A stretch of 64,000 bases of DNA from Macrostomum lignano (lineage: Eukaryota). Position numbers and translations under genes: made by a program. The notes below the pieces were generated by a model, which ran no database searches, had not been told where the DNA came from, and worked only from the letters and a program-made list of their open reading frames with translations. Location: assembly GCA_002269645.1 (NCBI GenBank), contig NIVC01001170.1:124001-188000 (forward strand), in the 5' to 3' direction. Shown here piece after piece: positions 1-14,925 of the stretch (positions are counted from its first letter, which is position 1; each line of letters begins with the position of its first letter).

Positions 1-1083
1 TTAAAGTTAACTTGAGTGTCACGATTAAAATAATTTTGCGAATTAGTTTTAATACTTCTTATTTACTCAAATTTAAATTTTATCTCGAAAATAATATTAA
101 TAACGGTAAATGTCGACAAGTACATGCAATTTATTGGATTTACTATCCCCGAAAGTTAAGCAGTAACCAACAAGATGGTTACAACAAGTGTCAGGGTCAT
201 CGGAAAAAAAGAAAACTGGTTCATACTGAAGCGATGGATGCTCCCGATGGGTTTTTCTTCCCGAAGAAATTTTCTCAAATTGGCAATACATGGCTATAGC
301 TAACACAAGACTAAATGCATAAAACCGGCACAGTTATACACATATGTGCTCCATCCTTATGCACTAGATCGCTCCCAGTTCTACTCCAACCCATCCGCCA
401 GAGATTTCCCGGCTCAGAGATCTAGCTAGTATAGCCGCCCCCACTCCTTCCTCAAACCAGCTTTCTTCCACGTTGGAAAAATTCTATTCTAGCGAGGAGG
501 GGAGGAAGAGAGAGAGAAAAGTCCAAGATTTAGCGATTGGGCAGAGTGGAGTGGGCAGAGAACGGCCTCTATACTCTTTGAGTCTTCGTGATTTGAGTTC
601 GAAAGTATATCCCCCTTGCCTATAGAGCTGGGGCATTCCACTTGCCTATAGCCTGAGGGATTCGCCATTGGGGAATTGCCGGGGCCCAGCGCCTTCTCTC
701 TTCAGCTTCCCTCCCTCATCCCGTCGATCCCCCAACTTCAACCTTCTCCCTAACCCCCATCCCTCCCTCCCTCGGGCCAGCTTCCCATTTCTCCTGCAAG
801 CGGAGGGCTTCTCTTGGTAAAAAAATAAACAGAACAATATTGCTGGGAATGGGAAAATAATCCCTGCATGAGCTGCTGTTTAACTCAGACGAGTCTGGTT
901 CCGCTTTGAGATGCAGGCTGGGCACCAGACAAGTTCGCATGGTTGCAGCCATGGAAAATTGTGGACTTTGAAATGGCACTAAAGCTGCAATTACAGCGAA
1001 CTTCTCGACAAACTGTGTGCAAAATAAACTGAAGTAGGTCGCTTTCAAAAAGTTGCCATCTTGTTTTATTCAATCCCAACAGT

Positions 1084-1986
1084 ACTCACAGAGAGTCAGT
1101 AGACACAGAGAGTCAGTAGACACAGAGAGTCAGTAGTCACAGAGAGTCAGCAGATACAGAGAGTCAGTAGACACAGAGAGTCAGTAGACAAAGAGAGTCA
1201 GTAGACAAAGAGAGTCAGTAGACAAAGAGAGTCAGTAGACAAAGAGAGTCAGTAGACACAGAGAGTCAGTAGACACAGAGAGTCAGTAGACACAGAGAGT
1301 CAGTAGACACAGAGAGTCAGTAGACAAAGAGAGTCAGTAGACAAAGAGAGTCAGTAGACACACAGAGAGTCAGTAGACACAGAGAGTCAGTAGACACAGA
1401 GAGTCAGTAGACACAGAGAGTCAGTAGACAAAGAGAGTCAGTAGACACAGAGAGTCAGTAGACACAGAGAGTCAGTAGACAAAGAGAGTCAGTAGACACA
1501 GAGAGTCAGTAGACACACAGAGCGTCAGTAGACACACAGAGAGTCAGTAGACACAGAGAGTCAGTAGACACAGAGAGTCAGTAGACACAGAGAGTCAGTA
1601 GTCACAGAGAGTCAGTAGTCACAGAGAGTCAGTAGACACACAGAGAGTCAGTAGACACACAGAGAGTCAGTAGACACACAGAGAGTCAGTAGACACACAG
1701 AGAGTCAGTAGACACACAGAGAGTCAGTAGACACACAGAGCGTCAGTAGACACACACAGAGTCAGTAGTCACAGAGAGTCAGTAGTCACAGAGAGTCAGT
1801 AGACACACAGAGCGTCAGTAGACACACAGAGAGTCAGTAGTCACAGAGAGTCAGTAGACACAGAGAGTCAGTAGTCACAGAGAGTCAGTAGACACACAGA
1901 GAGTCAGTAGTCACAGAGAGTCAGTAGACACAGTGAGTCAGTAGACACAGAGTCAGTAGTCACAGAGAGTCAGTAGACAAAGTCAG
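1084..1986 (+). repeat. 17-19 bp minisatellite (GAGAGTCAGTAGACACA[CA])n, left arm
   Basis: Direct tandem units visible; same unit as 2577-10087 but in opposite orientation. Confidence 0.97.
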
Positions 1987-2576
1987 AGGTTCGGTCAGTT
2001 CGGACACATCACCAATGTTTGCCTAAATGCTCGGTCCGCAGCAGTTTCTCAAATTTGCTCAAACCGTGGCACAGCTCCGGCCAAAACGGCTGAATTATTT
2101 ATGGTTGGCAAATTTTAGTCATCGGCCTCGGAAAATATAATCTGTAGGGTTCTTGGGGCTTTGTGAAGGCTGGGTTCAGATGGAGCTCGTATCCCACCCC
2201 ATTCCTCCCCCGGCCCCGGTCAGAGAGGGCAAATAGAAATTCACATGACTGCTCAACTGTTTCCTAGTTTCTTTCGTTGACCTCATTCTCAACCGCGCTA
2301 GGGGGGTCAAGACTGCGGAGCAAAATTCTCCTCGGCAGCGCCAGACGGGTTGGGTGCACGAGAGTCGAAATTCTACTTGAGTAGGCTTTCGACAAAATGC
2401 TCGCCTGTGCACCCTGCTGGCCTGCGGCGAGGCAGAACGACTCTGCTAGCAGGAGGAAGACTAATAAAGAGGCTGGAAACCCAGCGGTTAACTGAGGCTC
2501 GACCTGTGCTGGAGGAGCTGCAGAAATAGGAAAGCAAAAAGACAAATAGAAACATTTATGCACCGAGAGAATTATT

Positions 2577-5500
2577 GTCTACTGACTCTCTGTGTGTCTA
2601 CTGAATCTCTGTGTGTCTACTGACTCTCTGTGTGTCTACTGACTCTCTGTGTGTCTACTGACTCTCTGTGTGTCTACTGACTCTCTGTGTGTCTACTGAC
2701 TCTCTGTGTGTCTACTGACTCTCTGTGTGTCTACTGACTCTCTGTGTGTCTACTGACTCTCTGTGTGTCTACTGACTCTCTGTGTGTCTACTGACTCTCT
2801 GTGTGTCTACTGACTCTCTGTGTGTCTACTGACTCTCTGTGTGTCTACTGACTCTCTGTGTGTATACTGACGCTCTGTGTGTCTACTGACTCTCTGTGTG
2901 TCTACTGACTCTCTGTGTGTCTACTGACTCTCTGTGTGTCTACTGACTCTCTGTGTGTCTACTGACTCTCTGTGTGTCTACTGACTCTCTGTGTGTCTAC
3001 TGACTCTCTGTGTGTCTACTGACTCTCTGTGTGTCTACTGACTCTCTGTGTGTCTACTGACTCGCTGTACTCTACTGACTCTCTGTGTCTACTGACTCTC
3101 TGTGTCTACTGACTCTCTGTGTCTACTGACTCTCTGTGTCTACTGACTCTCTGTGTGTCTACTGACTCTCTGTGTGTCTACTGACTCTCTGTGTGTCTAC
3201 TGACTCTCTGTGTGTCTACTGACTCTCTGTGTGTCTACTGACTCTCTGTGTGTCTACTGACTCTCTGTGTGTCTACTGACTCTCTGTGTGTCTACTGACT
3301 CTCTGTGTGTCTACTGACTCGCTGTACTCTACTGACTCTCTGTGTGTCTACTGACTCTCTGTGTGTCTACTGACTCTCTGTGTGTCTACTGACTCTCTGT
3401 GTGTCTACTGACTCTCTGTGTGTCTACTGACTCTCTGTGTGTCTACTGACTCTCTGTGTGTCTACTGACTCTCTGTGTGTCTACTGACTCTCTGTGTGTC
3501 TACTGACTCTCTGTGTGTCTACTGACGCTCTGTGTGTCTACTGACTCTCTGTGTGTCTACTGACTCTCTGTGTGTCTACTGACTCGCTGTACTCTACTGA
3601 CTCTCTGTGTCTACTGACTCTCTGTGTGTCTACTGACTCTCTGTGTGTCTACTGACTCTCTGTGTGTCTACTGACTCTCTGTGTGTCTACTGACTCTCTG
3701 TGTGTCTACTGACTCTCTGTGTGTCTACTGACTCTCTGTGTGTCTACTGACTCTCTGTGTGTCTACTGACTCTCTGTGTGTCTACTGACTCTCTGTGTGT
3801 CTACTGACTCGCTGTACTCTACTGACTCTCTGTGTGTCTACTGACTCTCTGTGTGTCTACTGACTCTCTGTGTGTCTACTGACTCTCTGTGTGTCTACTG
3901 ACTCTCTGTGTGTCTACTGACTCTCTGTGTGTCTACTGACTCTCTGTGTGTCTACTGACTCTCTGTGTGTCTACTGACTCTCTGTGTGTCTACTGACTCT
4001 CTGTGTGTCTACTGACTCTCTGTGTGTCTACTGACTCGCTGTACTCTACTGACTCTGTGTCTACTGACTCTCTGTGTGTCTACTGACTCTCTGTGTGTCT
4101 ACTGACGCTCTGTGTGTCTACTGACTCTCTGTGTGTCTACTGACTCTCTGTGTGTCTACTGACTCTCTGTGTGTCTACTGACTCTCTGTGTGTCTACTGA
4201 CTCTCTGTGTGTCTACTGACTCTCTGTGTGTCTACTGACTCTCTGTGTGTCTACTGACTCTCTGTGTGTCTACTGACTCTCTGTGTGTCTACTGACTCTC
4301 TGTGTGTCTACTGACTCTCTGTGTGTCTACTGACTCTCTGTGTGTCTACTGACTCTCTGTGTGTCTACTGACTCTCTGTGTGTCTACTGACTCTCTGTGT
4401 GTCTACTGACTCTCTGTGTGTCTACTGACTCTCTGTGTGTCTACTGACTCTCTGTGTGTCTACTGACTCTCTGTGTGTCTACTGACTCTCTGTGTGTCTA
4501 CTGACTCTCTGTGTGTCTACTGACTCTCTGTGTGTCTACTGACTCTCTGTGTGTCTACTGACTCTCTGTGTGTCTACTGACTCTCTGTGTGTCTACTGAC
4601 TCTCTGTGTGTCTACTGACTCTCTGTGTGTCTACTGACTCTCTGTGTGTCTACTGACTCTCTGTGTGTATACTGACTCTCTGTGTGTCTACTGACTCTCT
4701 GTGTGTCTACTGACTCTCTGTGTGTCTACTGACTCGCTGTACTCTACTGACTCTGTGTCTACTGACTCTCTGTGTGTCTACTGACTCTCTGTGTGTCTAC
4801 TGACTCTCTGTGTGTCTACTGACGCTCTGTGTGTCTACTGACTCTCTGTGTGTCTACTGACTCTCTGTGTGTCTACTGACTCTCTGTGTGTCTACTGACT
4901 CTCTGTGTGTCTACTGACTCTCTGTGTGTCTACTGACGCTCTGTGTGTCTACTGACTCTCTGTGTGTCTACTGACTCTCTGTGTGTCTACTGACGCTCTG
5001 TGTGTCTACTGACTCTCTGTGTGTCTACTGACGCTCTGTGTGTCTACTGACTCTCTGTGTGTCTACTGACTCTCTGTGTGTCTACTGACTCTCTGTGTGT
5101 CTACTGACTCTCTGTGTGTCTACTGACTCTCTGTGTGTCTACTGACGCTCTGTGTGTCTACTGACTCTCTGTGTGTCTACTGACTCTCTGTGTGTCTACT
5201 GACTCTCTGTGTGTCTACTGACTCTCTGTGTGTCTACTGACTCTCTGTGTGTCTACTGACTCTCTGTGTCTACTGACTCTCTGTGTCTACTGACTCTCTG
5301 TGTGTCTACTGACTCTCTGTGTGTCTACTGACTCTCTGTGTGTCTACTGACTCTCTGTGTCTACTGACTCTCTGTGTGTCTACTGACTCTCTGTGTGTCT
5401 ACTGACTCTCTGTGTGTCTACTGACTCTCTGTGTGTCTACTGACTCTCTGTGTGTCTACTGACTCTCTGTGTGTCTACTGACGCTCTGTGTGTCTACTGA

Positions 5501-8500
5501 CTCTCTGTGTGTCTACTGACTCTCTGTGTGTCTACTGACTCTCTGTGTCTACTGACTCTCTGTGTCTACTGACTCTCTGTGTCTACTGACTCTCTGTGTG
5601 TCTACTGACTCTCTGTGTGTCTACTGACTCTCTGTGTGTCTACTGACTCTCTGTGTGTCTACTGACTCTCTGTGTGTCTACTGACTCTCTGTGTGTCTAC
5701 TGACGCTCTGTGTGTCTACTGACTCTCTGTGTGTCTACTGACTCTCTGTGTGTCTACTGACTCTCTGTGTGTCTACTGACGCTCTGTGTGTCTACTGACT
5801 CTCTGTGTGTCTACTGACTCTCTGTGTGTCTACTGACTCTCTGTGTGTCTACTGACTCTCTGTGTGTCTACTGACTCTCTGTGTGTCTACTGACTCTCTG
5901 TGTGTCTACTGACGCTCTGTGTGTCTACTGACTCTCTGTGTGTCTACTGACTCTCTGTGTGTCTACTGACTCTCTGTGTGTCTACTGACTCTCTGTGTGT
6001 CTACTGACTCTCTGTGTCTACTGACTCTCTGTGTCTACTGACTCTCTGTGTGTCTACTGACTCTCTGTGTGTCTACTGACTCTCTGTGTGTCTACTGACT
6101 CTCTGTGTGTCTACTGACTCTCTGTGTGTCTACTGACTCTCTGTGTGTCTACTGACTCTCTGTGTGTCTACTGACGCTCTGTGTGTCTACTGACTCTCTG
6201 TGTCTACTGACTCTCTGTGTGTCTACTGACTCTCTGTGTGTCTACTGACTCTCTGTGTGTCTACTGACTCTCTGTGTGTCTACTGACTCTCTGTGTGTCT
6301 ACTGACGCTCTGTGTGTCTACTGACTCTCTGTGTGTCTACTGACTCTCTGTGTGTCTACTGACGCTCTGTGTGTCTACTGACTCTCTGTGTGTCTACTGA
6401 CTCTCTGTGTGTCTACTGACGCTCTGTGTGTCTATTGACTCTCTGTGTGTCTACTGACGCTCTGTGTGTCTACTGACTCTCTGTGTGTATACTGACTCTC
6501 TGTGTGTCTACTGACTCTCTGTGTGTCTACTGACTCTCTGTGTGTCTACTGACTCTCTGTGTCTACTGACTCTCTGTGTCTACTGACTCTCTGTGTCTAC
6601 TGACTCTCTGTGTCTACTGACTCTCTGTGTCTACTGACTCTCTGTGTGTCTACTGACTCTCTGTGTCTACTGACTCTCTGTGTCTACTGACTCTCTGTGT
6701 CTACTGACTCTCTGTGTCTACTGACTCTCTGTGTCTACTGACTCTCTGTGTGTCTACTGACGCTCTGTGTGTCTACTGACTCTCTGTGTCTACTGACTCT
6801 CTGTGTCTACTGACTCTCTGTGTCTACTGACTCTCTGTGTCTACTGACTCTCTGTGTCTACTGACTCTCTGTGTGTCTACTGACGCTCTGTGTGTCTACT
6901 GACTCTCTGTGTGTCTACTGACTCTCTGTGTGTCTACTGACTCTCTGTGTGTCTACTGACTCTCTGTGTGTCTACTGACTCTCTGTGTGTCTACTGACTC
7001 TCTGTGTGTCTACTGACTCTCTGTGTGTCTACTGACTCTCTGTGTGTCTACTGACTCTCTGTGTGTCTACTGACTCTCTGTGTGTATACTGACGCTCTGT
7101 GTGTCTACTGACTCTCTGTGTGTCTACTGACTCTCTGTGTGTCTACTGACTCTCTGTGTGTCTACTGACTCTCTGTGTGTCTACTGACTCTCTGTGTGTC
7201 TACTGACTCTCTGTGTGTCTACTGACTCTCTGTGTGTATACTGACTCTCTGTGTGTCTACTGACTCTCTGTGTGTCTACTGACTCTCTGTGTGTCTACTG
7301 ACTCGCTGTACTCTACTGACTCTGTGTCTACTGACTCTCTGTGTGTCTACTGACTCTCTGTGTGTCTACTGACTCTCTGTGTGTCTACTGACGCTCTGTG
7401 TGTCTACTGACTCTCTGTGTGTCTACTGACTCTCTGTGTGTCTACTGACTCTCTGTGTGTCTACTGACTCTCTGTGTGTCTACTGACTCTCTGTGTGTAT
7501 ACTGACGCTCTGTGTGTCTACTGACTCTCTGTGTGTCTACTGACTCTCTGTGTGTCTACTGACGCTCTGTGTGTCTACTGACTCTCTGTGTGTCTACTGA
7601 CGCTCTGTGTGTCTACTGACTCTCTGTGTGTCTACTGACTCTCTGTGTGTCTACTGACTCTCTGTGTGTCTACTGACGCTCTGTGTGTCTACTGACTCTC
7701 TGTGTGTCTACTGACGCTCTGTGTGTCTACTGACTCTCTGTGTGTCTACTGACTCTCTGTGTGTCTACTGACTCTCTGTGTGTCTACTGACTCTCTGTGT
7801 GTCTACTGACTCTCTGTGTGTCTACTGACTCTCTGTGTCTACTGACTCTCTGTGTCTACTGACTCTCTGTGTGTCTACTGACTCTCTGTGTGTCTACTGA
7901 CTCTCTGTGTGTCTACTGACTCTCTGTGTCTACTGACTCTCTGTGTGTCTACTGACTCTCTGTGTGTCTACTGACTCTCTGTGTGTCTACTGACTCTCTG
8001 TGTGTCTACTGACTCTCTGTGTGTCTACTGACTCTCTGTGTGTCTACTGACGCTCTGTGTGTCTACTGACTCTCTGTGTGTCTACTGACTCTCTGTGTGT
8101 CTACTGACTCTCTGTGTCTACTGACTCTCTGTGTCTACTGACTCTCTGTGTCTACTGACTCTCTGTGTGTCTACTGACTCTCTGTGTGTCTACTGACTCT
8201 CTGTGTGTCTACTGACTCTCTGTGTGTCTACTGACTCTCTGTGTGTCTACTGACTCTCTGTGTGTCTACTGACGCTCTGTGTGTCTACTGACTCTCTGTG
8301 TGTCTACTGACTCTCTGTGTGTCTACTGACTCTCTGTGTGTCTACTGACGCTCTGTGTGTCTACTGACTCTCTGTGTGTCTACTGACTCTCTGTGTGTCT
8401 ACTGACTCTCTGTGTGTCTACTGACTCTCTGTGTGTCTACTGACTCTCTGTGTGTCTACTGACTCTCTGTGTGTCTACTGACGCTCTGTGTGTCTACTGA

Positions 8501-10087
8501 CTCTCTGTGTGTCTACTGACTCTCTGTGTGTCTACTGACTCTCTGTGTGTCTACTGACTCTCTGTGTGTCTACTGACTCTCTGTGTCTACTGACTCTCTG
8601 TGTCTACTGACTCTCTGTGTGTCTACTGACTCTCTGTGTGTCTACTGACTCTCTGTGTGTCTACTGACTCTCTGTGTGTCTACTGACTCTCTGTGTGTCT
8701 ACTGACTCTCTGTGTGTCTACTGACTCTCTGTGTGTATACTGACTCTCTGTGTGTCTACTGACGCTCTGTGTGTCTACTGACTCTCTGTGTCTACTGACT
8801 CTCTGTGTGTCTACTGACTCTCTGTGTGTCTACTGACTCTCTGTGTGTCTACTGACTCTCTGTGTGTCTACTGACTCTCTGTGTGTCTACTGACGCTCTG
8901 TGTGTCTACTGACTCTCTGTGTGTCTACTGACTCTCTGTGTGTCTACTGACGCTCTGTGTGTCTACTGACTCTCTGTGTGTCTACTGACTCTCTGTGTGT
9001 CTACTGACGCTCTGTGTGTCTATTGACTCTCTGTGTGTCTACTGACGCTCTGTGTGTCTACTGACTCTCTGTGTGTATACTGACTCTCTGTGTGTCTACT
9101 GACTCTCTGTGTGTCTACTGACTCTCTGTGTGTCTACTGACTCTCTGTGTCTACTGACTCTCTGTGTCTACTGACTCTCTGTGTCTACTGACTCTCTGTG
9201 TCTACTGACTCTCTGTGTCTACTGACTCTCTGTGTGTCTACTGACTCTCTGTGTCTACTGACTCTCTGTGTCTACTGACTCTCTGTGTCTACTGACTCTC
9301 TGTGTCTACTGACTCTCTGTGTGTCTACTGACGCTCTGTGTGTCTACTGACTCTCTGTGTCTACTGACTCTCTGTGTCTACTGACTCTCTGTGTCTACTG
9401 ACTCTCTGTGTCTACTGACTCTCTGTGTCTACTGACTCTCTGTGTGTCTACTGACGCTCTGTGTGTCTACTGACTCTCTGTGTGTCTACTGACTCTCTGT
9501 GTGTCTACTGACTCTCTGTGTGTCTACTGACTCTCTGTGTGTCTACTGACTCTCTGTGTGTCTACTGACTCTCTGTGTGTCTACTGACTCTCTGTGTGTC
9601 TACTGACTCTCTGTGTGTCTACTGACTCTCTGTGTGTCTACTGACTCTCTGTGTGTCTACTGACTCTCTGTGTGTCTACTGACTCTCTGTGTGTCTACTG
9701 ACTCTCTGTGTCTACTGACTCTCTGTGTGTCTACTGACTCTCTGTGTGTCTACTGACTCTCTGTGTGTCTACTGACTCTCTGTGTGTCTACTGACTCTCT
9801 GTGTGTCTACTGACTCTCTGTGTCTACTGACTCTCTGTGTGTCTACTGACTCTCTGTGTGTCTACTGACTCTCTGTGTGTCTACTGACTCTCTGTGTGTC
9901 TACTGACTCTCTGTGTGTATACTGACTCTCTGTGTGTCTACTGACTCTCTGTGTGTCTACTGACTCTCTGTGTCTACTGACTCTCTGTGTCTACTGACTC
10001 TCTGTGTCTACTGACTCTCTGTGTGTCTACTGACTCTCTGTGTCTACTGACTCTCTGTGTCTACTGACTCTCTGTGTCTACTGACTC
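2577..10087 (-). repeat. 7.5-kb 19/17 bp satellite (TCTACTGACTCTCTGTGTG)n, reverse complement of the 1084-1986 array
   Basis: About 400 near-identical units. Rare variant units recur about 2.57-2.59 kb apart (CTCGCTGTACTC at 4733/7302; TCTATTGAC at 6431/9019). Confidence 0.98.
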
Positions 10088-10666
10088 CAATGTCTATCGC
10101 ATATGAAGCCTACAAATTCCGGCTTCCATTCTAGGGTGCAGATTCAGCGGTAGGTAACCTTGCTATTCGTGTACATGAAAAGATATCCATTCAGCAGGAG
10201 AATTTGAGTCGAAACTGAAGTGGCTGCAGCTCCGAGGAGAGAACTTGGGCGGGTCCAAGAACTGCAGACATCAGAGCAGCTGCGAAACAATATGACATAA
10301 TTAATTTATTTGACAAGAGATGGAGCAAGTGCAGCCTCCCCACAGCCTTGTATTGTTCTGGTGGAATTGCTTTGGGATGCTGGGGTCTGCGCAGCGCACT
10401 GTTTCATCATCAGCCCTGTTTGACGGACAACAGCCGCAGCCAAGAGCTCCGTTGTGTTGCTTTTTTAGTTGCTGGGGCCGTTGCTGGCAGCTCAGCTCAG
10501 AGCCACATAAAGGCTATAGAGGCGGCGGCTCTAGGTGGCTGAGGGGAGGAGCAGCTGCACCCCTGATGGAGAAGGTGAGCTAAGAGAGCCAACCCTGGAG
10601 AGCTGGATACAGGGTTTGTCTTGATTAGTTGATAGGCTTGCATTTCCTTGAATGTGCAATTAGTAC

Positions 10667-11413
<747 letters not shown>

Positions 11414-11834
11414 GCAACAGTACATATTACTCATTCAGGAATACCTCCGAGTCCCTCTCGTACACTGTCAGTGCAACAAGGCTCAGTAGAGGCCATTCAA
11501 GCTCACATGCAGTAGGTAAATACTTGGCCGCCGCCTTCAATATTTGCACAATAAAGTCTGTCTGCTATATTGCTACGCTCGTTTTTCGGTAACTCTTACG
11601 AAGTAGCGAAAGATATACGATCACATTATTTGCCCAAGTCTGAACTCGCTTTACTCAATCTCTTGTCTGCTCCGGCTCTGTCATCGGTTGAGCCTTCAAT
11701 TTCTGCACCCTGCAGTTTTTGCTAAACTGTGACCGTGAGATGAAAATCTGAAGCGGGATTTCGTCGCCTTGTAAAATAGGCAAGAAAAGTGCAAAATTTC
11801 AGTACTGCGCTGCGAAAGGAGAGCTAGCCATTAG

Positions 11835-12605
11835 AAGCGAGAAAAGGAGAAAAGAAACAGGAAGAGCGAGGGGAAAGAGGGGAGAGGGGGAAGGCAGAGA
11901 TAGATTAGAGGGAATGGAGAGAGGGAGAGAAGGGAGAGAGACGGGGGAGAGAGGGGAGGAGAGAGGGAGAGAGAGGGAGAGAGTGGGAGAGAGAGGGGAG
12001 GAGAGAGGGGGAGAGAGGGGGAGAGAGGGGATGAGAGAGGGAGAGAGAGGGAGAGAGTGGGAGAGAGAGGGGGAGAGAGGGGGAGAGAGGGGAGGAGAGA
12101 GGGAGAGAGAGGGAGAGAGTGGGAGAGAGAGGGGAGGAGACAGGGAGAGAGAGGGGGGAGAGAGGGGAGGAGAGAGGGAGAGAGAGGGAGAGAGTGGGAG
12201 AGAGAGGGGGAGGAGAGAGGGGGAGAGAGAGGGAGAGAGAGGGAGAGAGAGGGGGAGGAGAGAGGGGGAGAGAGAGGGAGAGAGAGGGAGAGAGTGGGAG
12301 AGAGTGGGAGAGAGAGGGGGGGAGAGGGGAGGAGGGAGGGAGAGAGAGGGAGAGAGTGGGAGAGAGAGGGGAGGAGAGAGGGGGAGAGAGAGGGAGAGAG
12401 GGAGAGAGAGGGAGAGAGAGGGAGAGAGAGGGAGAGAGAGGGAGAGAGAGAGAGTGGGAGAGAGTGGGAGAGAGAAGGAGAGAGAGGGAGAGAGAGGGAG
12501 AGAGAGAGAGAGAGAGCGGAGGGTGAAGAGGAGAGAAAGAGATGGGTAGAGAGAGGGAGAGTGGGAGAGAGAGGGGAGACAGGTCGAGAGGAAGAGAGAA
12601 GAGAA
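11835..12605 (+). repeat. Polypurine (GA/GGA-rich) low-complexity tract
   Basis: Almost only A/G on the plus strand for about 750 bp. Confidence 0.95.
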
Positions 12606-13440
12606 GAGTTGATGAGAGTCCAAGCAAGAGACAGTGAGGATTTATATCCTTGGATTAGCTCGGTGAGCCCCTCCCTCCCCCTTATCCCAGAAACTCCAGA
12701 GCAGCAACTCGAAAGCCATCCAAAGCCATCACTGATGATAGCTACTGGAAACTGCAAGAATGAGAGCGAGTTTGATGTTGCCCGGCACGCAGTGATGGAG
12801 CGCAGAAGCTTCGTGGCGGCACTCAACACTCGCTCAACAGTCGGATTTGTGACAGTTAGTAGTTGCGCCCGCTGACAGAGCCGGAGAGTCGGCGCCAGTT
12901 TTCTGTGTTTATTTTTCAACTCTTTCTCGTCAAAAAAGCATGCAGGCTGCCCTTCCGCCCGCCTCTCTACCTCGCTGTGTCCAGCCAGCATCAGCAGAGA
13001 GCGGACAGAGTCAAATTTGCCCGCGGGAGACGGCCGACAAAGGCATAAAACATGCAAAGCTTTATGACTGCCTATCCAACCCCTATGCCCATCCCCCTAC
13101 AGCTAGGGAGATGAGGCAGCTAAGTCTTCGAATCATTTTCCGCTCGATTAGATGTCTAGCGGCACGAGGGTTGCGGGTGGGGGAGCATCGATGCTGAAAA
13201 TTGCACCCCATCAGCAGCTCCCCCGCTCTCTCGGCTGTTTTGAGTCCATTTTTTTAGCTGGGGCGGGGAGGGAGGCCGAGGGCGACAGAGTTTTTTGTTC
13301 GCTTCTGACGTGAAGTTTATCGGACCGTGTCTCTGCTTGGCTTAAATTGCAAGGGTACTTTATAGGTCTACTAAAGTCTACGGCTCAGGGAACCAGGGCT
13401 AGTTTGATCGTGTGTTGCGTAAAACTATATAAAATCTCAC

Positions 13441-14925
13441 AATCTGGAATCTCACCATCTGGAATCTCACCATCTGGAATCTCACTATCTGGAACCTCAC
13501 CATCTGGAATCTCACCATCTGGAATCTCACCATCCAGAACCCCACCATCTGGAATCTCACTATTCAGAGTCTCACCCTCTGGACTGGACTATTCAGAGTG
13601 GACTATCCTGGACTATTCAGAGTCTCACTACCTGGAATCACACCATTTAGAATCTCAACATCTGAAATCTCACCATCTGGAATCTCACCATCAGGAATCT
13701 CACCATCTGGAATCTCACCATCTGGAATCTCATCATCTGGAATCTCACCATCTGGAATCTCACCATCCAGAACCCCACTATCTGGAATCTCACCATCCAG
13801 AACCCCACCATCTGGAATCTCACTATTTAGAATCTCACCATCTGGAATCTCACTATTCAGAATCTCACCATCTGGAATCTCATCATCTGGAATCTCACCA
13901 TCTGGAATTTCACCATTTGGAATCTCACCATCTGGAATCTCACCATCCAGAACCCCACCATCTGGAATCTCACCATCTGAAATCTCACCATCCAGAACCC
14001 CACCATCTGGAATCTCACCATCTGGAATCTCACCATCCAGAACCCCACCATCTGGAATCTCACCATCTGGAATCTCACCATCTGGAATCTCACCATCCAG
14101 AACCCCACCATCTGGAATCTCACTATTCAGAGTCTCACCCTCTGGAATCTCACTACCTGGAATCACACCATTTAGAATCTCACCATCTGGAATCTCACCA
14201 TCAGGAATCTCACCATCTGGAATCTCACTATTTAGAATCTCACCATCTGGAATCTCACTATTCAGAATCTCACCATCCAGAACCCCACCATCTGGAATCT
14301 CACCATCTGGAATCTCACCATCCAGAACCCCACCATCTGGAATCTCACCATCTGGAATCTCACCATCTGGAATCTCACCATCCAGAACCCCACCATCTGG
14401 AATCTCACTATTCAGAGTCTCACCCTCTGGAATCTCACTACCTGGAATCACACCATTTAGAATCTCACCATCTGGAATCTCACCATCAGGAATCTCACCA
14501 TCTGGAATCTCACTATTTAGAATCTCACCATCTGGAATCTCACTATTCAGAATCTCACCATCCAGAACCCCACCATCTGGAATCTCACCATCTGGAATCT
14601 CACCATCCAGAACCCCACCATCTGGAATCTCACCATCTGGAATCTCACCATCTGGAATCTCACCATCCAGAACCCCACCATCTGGAATCTCACTATTCAG
14701 AGTCTCACCCTCTGGAATCTCACTACCTGGAATCACACCATTTAGAATCTCAACATCTGGAATCTCACCACCTGGAATCTCACCACCTGGAATCTCACCA
14801 CCTGGAATCTCACCATCTGGAATCTCACCATCTGGAATCTCACCATCTGGAATCTCACCATCTGGAATCTCACCATCTGGAATCTCACCATCTGGAATCT
14901 CACCATCTGGAATCTCACCATCTCA
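13441..14925 (+). repeat. 15-bp minisatellite (TGGAATCTCACCATC)n with a 285-bp higher-order repeat
   Basis: About 99 units; the variant AGTCTCACCC recurs at 14131, 14416 and 14701 (285 bp = 19 units). Confidence 0.97.

Noticed and set aside
2577-10087. CRISPR-like appearance of the arrays
   Set aside because: No unique spacers and no cas genes; eukaryotic context.
11799-12875. SLSP- and ERG-rich ORFs of 135-408 aa
   Set aside because: Stop-free polypurine tract; no splice or domain support.
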